The position numbers and the translations under genes are program-made. Below the pieces are notes generated by a model. It was not told the DNA's origin. It worked only from the letters and a program-made list of their open reading frames with translations, and made no database searches. Positions 57,517-64,000 of a DNA stretch of 64,000 nucleotides are shown piece after piece. The DNA comes from a virus: UHGV virus genome UHGV-0326994; one strand, written 5' to 3'. Position 1 is the stretch's first letter. Each line of letters begins with the position of its first letter.

Positions 57517-57729
57517 ATGACACTTTCAGACGTTATTCAGCAACTTCACAACAACTGCTACACTCCAGAGTTGATTCAGGAGATGTCTATTGTGGTAATG
57601 CCTTGTAAGTTCGTAAAAGCTTTTAATCGGGATACCTTAATGTCTGCGCATATCCTTATTGTTGATGGTAAGATTGCAAGGGACCGTACTGGAGTCCTTA
57701 AGGGCGAACGTATTAGTATTGACTTCTGA
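57517..57729 (+). CDS. hypothetical protein (70 aa)
   Basis: ORF track; AGGAGG RBS. Confidence 0.45.
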   Translation: MTLSDVIQQLHNNCYTPELIQEMSIVVMPCKFVKAFNRDTLMSAHILIVDGKIARDRTGVLKGERISIDF

Positions 57730-57916
57730 ATATTGGGGATACCGAAAATGAAACGCAAAGTTAAGTTTTTTAATTTGTATGGAAGAGTTGGTAAAGGTTT
57801 TGACTGGCAACTGTTACGGTCAAATGTTAAAAGCAATGAATTAGCACCACTTATAATTCATTATCGACGCACATACAGAGAAGTAGAGCATCGTGAACAG
57901 TAAACAGGGGTGTATT

Positions 57917-58153
57917 ATGTGGAAATCAGTAATTGTGCTTGGTGTTATTTTTCTATCTGGCTGCAAACCTTCTTATGAAGATAAAAATGCTTCTTACAGC
58001 CTCCCGCCAGAGATGCAAGATTGCAGAGTATACAAGTTACATGGTGATGCTATAAGTAGGGATATTGTTGTGGTCAGATGTCCAAACTCTCAAACAACAA
58101 CATCTTATAGCTATGGTAAAAATGGTCAATCACACACTACGGTTATTGAGTGA
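57917..58153 (+). CDS. putative lipoprotein (78 aa)
   Basis: Signal peptide with lipobox (VIFLSGC); ATG at 57917 preferred over upstream GTG. Confidence 0.45.
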   Translation: MWKSVIVLGVIFLSGCKPSYEDKNASYSLPPEMQDCRVYKLHGDAISRDIVVVRCPNSQTTTSYSYGKNGQSHTTVIE

Positions 58154-58163
58154 GGTTTTCACG

Positions 58164-58370
58164 ATGCAAGTCCTAGTAAACTATGTCTACTGTTATGATG
58201 TTGTTCACTCCACTACAACCGTAGCTCAACGTAATCCAATCGTCCCACGAGAGGGGGAGTTGGTTCGTATTGAGGGTTGGACTTACACTGTGGAAAGCAT
58301 CATTCATAAGTTTGATGTTGCTGGCGATGTTCAAGTTATCGACGTAGAGATTGGTGGTAAGAGAAAATGA
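58164..58370 (+). CDS. hypothetical protein (68 aa)
   Basis: ORF track trimmed to MQVLVNY. Confidence 0.4.
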   Translation: MQVLVNYVYCYDVVHSTTTVAQRNPIVPREGELVRIEGWTYTVESIIHKFDVAGDVQVIDVEIGGKRK

Positions 58371-58585
58371 CCGTAGAAGATAAATTTAAGAACGCAGTTC
58401 TTACAGAAGATGGTGAGCTTGAAACATTCATTCTTCGTGTTGATGGTAAGTTATTTCGGTGTCGTTGTGGGTCAAACTGTTTCCATAAACCAGATAAAAA
58501 TGACTTAGAGCTTTACGCATGTAATGCTTGCGACACTTGGTATCACTCAGAGGTTAAAAATGACAGTTCTATACAAACAAAATAA
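58367..58585 (+). CDS. hypothetical zinc-finger protein (72 aa)
   Basis: CRCGSNC...CNAC pattern. Confidence 0.4.
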   Translation: MTVEDKFKNAVLTEDGELETFILRVDGKLFRCRCGSNCFHKPDKNDLELYACNACDTWYHSEVKNDSSIQTK

Positions 58586-59663
58586 AGATGGCTCTTTCAA
58601 CGTCTGGTCATGCGTTGCTGTAGGTGACAAAGTTATTACAACCTACGGTAAAGAAAATGGCAAGATGATGTTTGAAGAGTATACAGCAGAACCTAAAAAC
58701 ATCGGTAAAAAGAATGAGCGTAATGCTGAACAGCAAGCTCTCTTGGAAGTTACTGCTAAGTACAAGAAGCAGGTAGACCGTAAAGGGTACGCTTACACAA
58801 AATCAGAAGCAGCAAACGCTGAGAAAGTTGGTGTGCAACTTGCACATGATGCTGCAAAGGTTAGTCACCAGAAATATCTCAAGTTCCCTGCTGATGCTCA
58901 ACCGAAGCTTGATGGTGTACGTTGCAGGATTACACGGGATACTATAGCTTTTCAAGGCTTCATAGCATACTCCAGAGAAAACACAGAGTATCATATACCT
59001 CGTGAACTAATCGGTGACATTAACAAGATGTTGCTACTTCACCCAAAAGTTAAACACTTTGATGGAGAGATTTATGCTCATGGGTGGGACTTAGAAGATA
59101 TCGTCTCCATGATTAAAAATGAAGATAATCCTGACAGACACTTGCTCAAGTTTTACTGGTACGATATCTGTGACAGTACTAAGACGTGGCCTGAGCGTAG
59201 AGATATTATTGAGACTTCACCATTGAATGACTTCAGAGACGGCTGTAAAGTTGTACCTGTTAAGTCTCGTCGTGTGAACTCTTGGGAAGAGTTTGATGAA
59301 GCTCATGATAAGTGGGTTGAAGCTAAGTTTGAAGGTGCAATGTACCGTTCAATCTCTGAAGACTCCTTCTATGAGTGTTGTCACCGTTCATACTTCTTGA
59401 TTAAGCACAAGAAGATGCACACTGAAGAGTTTAAAGTGACTGGTGTAAAGACTGATAAACGTGGTCATGGCAAGTTTGTTGTAGAGACTCTCCCTAACGT
59501 CTTTGTAGATGTCTCATGGAAGACTACTCATGAGAAGAAACAGTATCTTGCTGAGCATCCTGAAGAGTTTATCGGGAAACCTTTAACGGTTCAGTTCCAG
59601 AAGATGACTCGTAAGGGTTCTTTACAGTTCCCTGTTGGGCTAGTTATTAGGGATTATGAATAG
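58560..59663 (+). CDS. ATP-dependent DNA ligase
   Basis: Adenylation motif I KLDGVRC; size near T7-type ligases; start at MTVLYKQ with GAGGT RBS. Confidence 0.7.
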   Translation: MTVLYKQNKDGSFNVWSCVAVGDKVITTYGKENGKMMFEEYTAEPKNIGKKNERNAEQQALLEVTAKYKKQVDRKGYAYTKSEAANAEKVGVQLAHDAAKVSHQKYLKFPADAQPKLDGVRCRITRDTIAFQGFIAYSRENTEYHIPRELIGDINKMLLLHPKVKHFDGEIYAHGWDLEDIVSMIKNEDNPDRHLLKFYWYDICDSTKTWPERRDIIETSPLNDFRDGCKVVPVKSRRVNSWEEFDEAHDKWVEAKFEGAMYRSISEDSFYECCHRSYFLIKHKKMHTEEFKVTGVKTDKRGHGKFVVETLPNVFVDVSWKTTHEKKQYLAEHPEEFIGKPLTVQFQKMTRKGSLQFPVGLVIRDYE

Positions 59664-59851
59664 TGAAAAGAGAGATTATCAAGTTTACAAATCCGGGTAG
59701 CTGTTGTCCGGTTCATGATAAGTATCCTAGTAATACTTACAAGAATAGGCGCTCTGTCAAGAAGAGGTCACTCTTTATTAAGAAAGAGCACAGGCATGTG
59801 AGGCGGGTCGTTAAGCAAAATCTTCATAAAACTTTATTAGAAAGTTGTTGA
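59663..59851 (+). CDS. hypothetical basic small protein (62 aa)
   Basis: ORF track. Confidence 0.35.
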   Translation: MKREIIKFTNPGSCCPVHDKYPSNTYKNRRSVKKRSLFIKKEHRHVRRVVKQNLHKTLLESC

Positions 59852-59875
59852 CATAGAAAATTTGGTGAGTATACT
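59848..59875 (+). promoter_or_regulatory. sigma70-like promoter (TTGACA, 16-nt spacer, TATACT)
   Basis: Hexamers read directly; sits just upstream of the GGT-rich repeat unit. Confidence 0.45.
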
Positions 59876-59879
59876 GAGC

Positions 59880-60240
59880 AGCATAAACCAACGGGTACTC
59901 ACCAGCATCACTTAAGAGTCTTTCTAAGAGGGTTTTTAAGTGATGTCCGGTCGGGTGAGGTAGGGTTAAGTATTGTCCGGTACGGTCGGGTAAAGTACGG
60001 TACGGTAAGGTAAAGCAGGGTATGGGTAGTTAATCGGAGCTACATTAAAATTCGATTACATCACTTAAGAGTCTTTAAATTATACTCAATAAAGTATCTC
60101 ATAGGGTTTTTAAGTGATGTTTGGCAAGGCAAGGCGCGGCCAGGTGAGGTATGGTCTGGTGAGGTATGGTAAAGTCTGGGTGGATGGTAGTAGCCACGTT
60201 AAAAATCTACCAAGTTTCTAAAGAGTCTTCTGTTGAGGGT
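59880..60240 (+). repeat. two tandem copies of a composite element: inverted repeat CATCACTTAA...TTAAGTGATG, 90-nt GGT-periodic tract, hairpin ending ...CTACATTAAAAT
   Basis: GGTNNGGT periodicity (tccggtcgggtgaggtagggt...; ggccaggtgaggtatggtctggtgaggtatggt...); related pair at 61355-61690. Confidence 0.6.
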
Positions 60241-60269
60241 TCTTTACAAACAACTTAACAATCAACTAA

Positions 60270-60875
<606 letters not shown>

Positions 60876-60877
60876 TT

Positions 60878-61318
60878 ATGAATACAAAAGCATTAGCAGC
60901 AAAGTTTAGTTACGGTGACACTGTATCACATTCTGAGATGGATACCTTCTTAGGTATTGTGAAGCCAACTTATCAAGGTGACATTGTTAAGTACGAAGAT
61001 GAAATGAAGGCTTATGCACTTACACGTCTAAACCGACTTGAGAAGTTTATTGAGAAGCTTCTTAAAGAAGAGAAGATTTATCTGGTTGCTTCAATGGGTG
61101 TTGGTTATCGTGTGGTTGAACCTAAGCATCAAGCAACTATTGCAAAACGTAAAATGTCTGGTAAGATTGGTCGAGCTTTAAAGCAAGCCACTCAAGCAAT
61201 TGAGAATGTGAATACTATGGCACTTAGCCACCAAGAACGTTCACGACTAATTGAACAGCAAAACCATTTAGCTGCTATGAAAGCTAACATTAACAAGCAA
61301 CGTAGAAAACCTTTCTAA
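60878..61318 (+). CDS. hypothetical protein (146 aa)
   Basis: ORF track; terminator immediately downstream. Confidence 0.5.
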   Translation: MNTKALAAKFSYGDTVSHSEMDTFLGIVKPTYQGDIVKYEDEMKAYALTRLNRLEKFIEKLLKEEKIYLVASMGVGYRVVEPKHQATIAKRKMSGKIGRALKQATQAIENVNTMALSHQERSRLIEQQNHLAAMKANINKQRRKPF

Positions 61319-61328
61319 GTTGACTAGG

Positions 61329-61353
61329 TAGCCTCTTCGGAGGCTCCTTTTTA
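61329..61353 (+). terminator. intrinsic terminator
   Basis: Hairpin GCCTCTTCGGAGGC followed by TTTTT. Confidence 0.6.
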
Positions 61354-61354
61354 A

Positions 61355-61690
61355 AAGGTCTTTAAGAGGGTCTTTTAATGAGGTTTGGTCTGGCATGGTG
61401 ATGTTTGGTAGGGTTTGGCAGGGTTCAGTCAGGTAAAGTGTGGTTTAGTAAGGTAAGGTATGGGTAGTTAGTCTCAGCTACATTAAAATGAGACTTACCT
61501 TTTTAAAAGGTCTTTAAACAGGGTCTTTTAATAAGGCTGTGCTCGGTACGGTTCGGTTGGGTCGGGTGAGGTAGGGTCGGGTTCAGTAGGGTGATGTTCG
61601 GTAAAGTATGGAAGGACGGCAGTAGCCTTATAAAAAATCTGCCAAATAAGCTATAAAATCTGTTGACAAGTCAGGTGTTATAGCTTATTT
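61355..61690 (+). repeat. second pair of GGT-rich composite elements
   Basis: ggtttggtctggcatggtgatgtttggtagggtttggcagggtt... and cggtacggttcggttgggtcgggtgaggtagggtcgggtt..., each ending in a hairpin with TAAAA. Confidence 0.6.
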
Positions 61691-61735
61691 TTATACTCAA
61701 TGTAATACAAAATTTAATATAACTTTGAGGTCATT

Positions 61736-62119
61736 ATGAAAAAGATTTTATTAGCTGCTGCAATGGTTATGGCAATGAGTTTACCAGTTAATGCAACAGA
61801 ACTTCCAAATGTGGACTTATCAGGTGTTCCAGAAGACACTTGCCAGATTGTTAAAGGTGTTGCTCTAGCTAATGGTGAGTTACTTAAACCAATCTCTGAA
61901 GAGTCTTTAACAGAGATGACTGATAAGGTTACTGACTATCAATATCGCGTTCTTGCAGAGTATTTCCTGCAATCTGCAAATATTAAAGAGAAACACCATG
62001 ATGATATTGATGTACAGGCGATGCTAAACCACCGTATCCAGTTTAAAGAAGATTTGATGCAAAAAGCTATGTATGGTGTTGAGTATTTCTTAGAAAACAG
62101 AAGCTGCACAGGTATTTGA
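61736..62119 (+). CDS. hypothetical secreted protein (127 aa)
   Basis: N-terminal signal peptide MKKILLAAAMVMAMSLPVNA. Confidence 0.5.
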   Translation: MKKILLAAAMVMAMSLPVNATELPNVDLSGVPEDTCQIVKGVALANGELLKPISEESLTEMTDKVTDYQYRVLAEYFLQSANIKEKHHDDIDVQAMLNHRIQFKEDLMQKAMYGVEYFLENRSCTGI

Positions 62120-62120
62120 T

Positions 62121-62333
62121 ATGGCTCTTAAAAAGTTACATCCCAGAAGCGGTTATGGTAAGATAGTCGATGATACAGACGGCTTTACAGTCTTTACAGT
62201 CATCTGTCAAGATGATTCACAGATTGAAAAGGCTCTTGATGATTATCTTAACGATGAACGTGAAAAGGTTAGAGCTACAAACATAGATTCATTGATTGAC
62301 ACTTCACGTAAACGGAAGAAGAAAGATGAATGA
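62121..62333 (+). CDS. hypothetical protein (70 aa)
   Basis: ORF track. Confidence 0.4.
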   Translation: MALKKLHPRSGYGKIVDDTDGFTVFTVICQDDSQIEKALDDYLNDEREKVRATNIDSLIDTSRKRKKKDE

Positions 62334-62625
62334 AGTTTTTGACCCTTATGCTCCACAAGATGATTGGGAGGCTGACAGAGAGGCTGAAATGGAGAGTTAT
62401 GTTTGCCCAATGGATGTAGACGAAATGAGAGACTTCGTTGCACATCGTTTTAAGAGAGAGATTAAATCCAGAGGTCTTTCTCAGGAGCAAGTTGCTAAAA
62501 TTTGTGGTATCTCTCAGGCTCGCGTCTCCAACATAATCAATCTCACTGGTAATGTCTCTCTTGAGTTTATGTTGGAAGTATGCGAAAAATTTGGTGTTAA
62601 TTTTAATTTAAGGTTGGCAGATTAA
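62326..62625 (+). CDS. putative HTH DNA-binding protein
   Basis: Helix-turn-helix-like segment LSQEQVAKICGISQARVSNIIN; start at MNEVFDPY. Confidence 0.45.
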   Translation: MNEVFDPYAPQDDWEADREAEMESYVCPMDVDEMRDFVAHRFKREIKSRGLSQEQVAKICGISQARVSNIINLTGNVSLEFMLEVCEKFGVNFNLRLAD

Positions 62626-62626
62626 T

Positions 62627-62986
62627 ATGAAACGTGAAAACATTATCCACTCTGAAAACTTCGCATTAGGTTTTTATGGTGTACCTACTCACCTTGAAAA
62701 GTATTATGGTGTGAAGATTCTTTCAAACCTCATTATGGCTTACAAAGATGGTAAGATTAAGCATACTGAGAAGAAACGTGTCATGGGCTATATGGCTGTA
62801 GGTTCAGCAATCTCAAACATTAAGCTGGAGACAACTAGCAGCCAGATTGTGAAAGACCACTTCATCAAAGAGCTTTACCACAATCTTGATAGTGTAGATA
62901 TTCAAGCTGTTTGGCTAGATGTTGATGGTCACAACTACACAAGTTTCGTTTTCAAAAACGATGACATTAAGTGTCTGTTCCCATAA
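62627..62986 (+). CDS. hypothetical protein (119 aa)
   Basis: ORF track. Confidence 0.45.
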   Translation: MKRENIIHSENFALGFYGVPTHLEKYYGVKILSNLIMAYKDGKIKHTEKKRVMGYMAVGSAISNIKLETTSSQIVKDHFIKELYHNLDSVDIQAVWLDVDGHNYTSFVFKNDDIKCLFP

Positions 62987-62999
62987 TAGGTGATTAACT

Positions 63000-63515
63000 A
63001 TGATTGATATCTACTTACAAGATGCTCATGCAGATTTTCTTAAAGAGATGCTTAAAAAGTTTATGGCTTCACAGTATGAGAATGAAGCATCTTTTAAAAT
63101 AGTTACATGTGGCGATGAAGCTGGTTTTGTTGAGATTGAACATGAAGGTACTGGAAAGACTGTTTGTAAGCTACCTGATAGTATGTTCTCTAATACATTC
63201 TTAACAAAGACTAGTATAAATGTTAAGCTTGTTCCCCAGATTGAAACATACTCTGGTACAGATTACCCTAAAGGGTTTAAGTCACTGATGAAGTACTTCT
63301 TGGATGACTTTGTGGGTAATCTTCTGAGGGAGGTAAAAGAAAGTCGTACAGTGTTGACTGTAGAGAATATGGGAGGAACTATCAAGGTCACTTCTGACTG
63401 TTTTGTTATGAGCCTCTTCGACTTTGTACCTAAGAACTTTGATGGTATTCTGGACGAAGAAGATGACTGTGTAGACTTTATATTGGTTCTTGAACCAGTT
63501 TTTGAGGTTAAATAA
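63000..63515 (+). CDS. hypothetical protein (171 aa)
   Basis: ORF track. Confidence 0.45.
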   Translation: MIDIYLQDAHADFLKEMLKKFMASQYENEASFKIVTCGDEAGFVEIEHEGTGKTVCKLPDSMFSNTFLTKTSINVKLVPQIETYSGTDYPKGFKSLMKYFLDDFVGNLLREVKESRTVLTVENMGGTIKVTSDCFVMSLFDFVPKNFDGILDEEDDCVDFILVLEPVFEVK

Positions 63516-63776
63516 ATGAAAATTGAACACTGCTATGAGTCTGATGGAACACCTATCCGTTGTCCACATTGTGGGTGTACAGACTTACAAGGTGAGGTAA
63601 GTGAAATAGTCAACGGTCATATTGCTGAAGAAAGTACCCGATGCACAGGGTGTAATGAAATTATCGCTTTCTGGGCTTATGGTTCATACCAACCCTCTCC
63701 ACATTTTATCTACCATCGTAGTAAAGTTGTGAAGAGTGTCATCAACTGGTTCATTAAGAAAGGGTTTACAAAATGA
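63516..63776 (+). CDS. hypothetical zinc-ribbon protein (86 aa)
   Basis: CPHCGC...CTGCNE pattern. Confidence 0.45.
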   Translation: MKIEHCYESDGTPIRCPHCGCTDLQGEVSEIVNGHIAEESTRCTGCNEIIAFWAYGSYQPSPHFIYHRSKVVKSVINWFIKKGFTK

Positions 63777-64000
63777 TTAAACTAATATTTGCAAGTGGTG
63801 AAAACGGTGAATTTGGTACTCCAACTGGTATGCCGTGGCCTCGACATAAGCAAGATATGCAAGAGTTTAAGAGACTCACTAAAAACAACTTAGTCGTGAT
63901 GGGTAACGAGACTTTCAAGACTCTGGGGAGTAAACCTTTACCAGAACGTGCAAACCTTATCTTAACAAACTCTGTACCATATTTAGGCATAGACTTTGAC
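63773..64000 (+). CDS. frd: dihydrofolate reductase, N-terminal part (runs off window end)
   Basis: Translation MIKLIFASGENGEFGTPTGMPWPRHKQDMQEFKRLTKNNLVVMGNETFKTLGSKPLPERANLILTN matches DHFR N-terminal signature; not in ORF track because it has no stop. Confidence 0.65.
   Translation, partial: MIKLIFASGENGEFGTPTGMPWPRHKQDMQEFKRLTKNNLVVMGNETFKTLGSKPLPERANLILTNSVPYLGIDFD

Noticed and set aside
59880-60240. Chi-like recombination hotspot sequences in the GGT-rich tracts
   Set aside because: No exact GCTGGTGG or GNTGGTGG octamer found by eye; the periodic GGT pattern is not a canonical Chi site

Overview
This window reads as a 64-kb stretch of a large virulent dsDNA phage genome with no integrase or host genes; the phage family cannot be named from sequence alone. 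It has four blocks. (1) 1-8400: a minus-strand cluster of about 27 tRNA genes interrupted by an HNH endonuclease, small ORFs and structured non-tRNA spacers, then a vWA/MIDAS protein. (2) 8600-16100: plus-strand genes including an Ig-like repeat protein and a GH24 endolysin. (3) 16100-17750: a 1.6-kb ORF-free region packed with TTAACA-type short repeats, where the two transcription directions converge. (4) 17750-54500: a long minus-strand block. It starts with 16 small ORFs, each preceded by a conserved promoter/stem-loop element. It continues with a macro-domain protein, a spanin-like pair, a lytic transglycosylase, rIIA/rIIB, a Nampt-like plus PRPP-synthetase-like pair (candidate NAD+ reconstitution module), anaerobic and aerobic ribonucleotide reductases, homing endonucleases, RNase H, primase-helicase and dNMP kinase. 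From 54700 the plus strand carries a family A DNA polymerase, an ATP-dependent DNA ligase, a two-gene cassette bracketed by duplicated GGT-rich repeats, and a partial DHFR. All calls rest on motifs read directly from the ORF translations and on hand-folded tRNAs; no searches were run. tRNA ends are good to a few nucleotides, and several anticodon assignments are uncertain.
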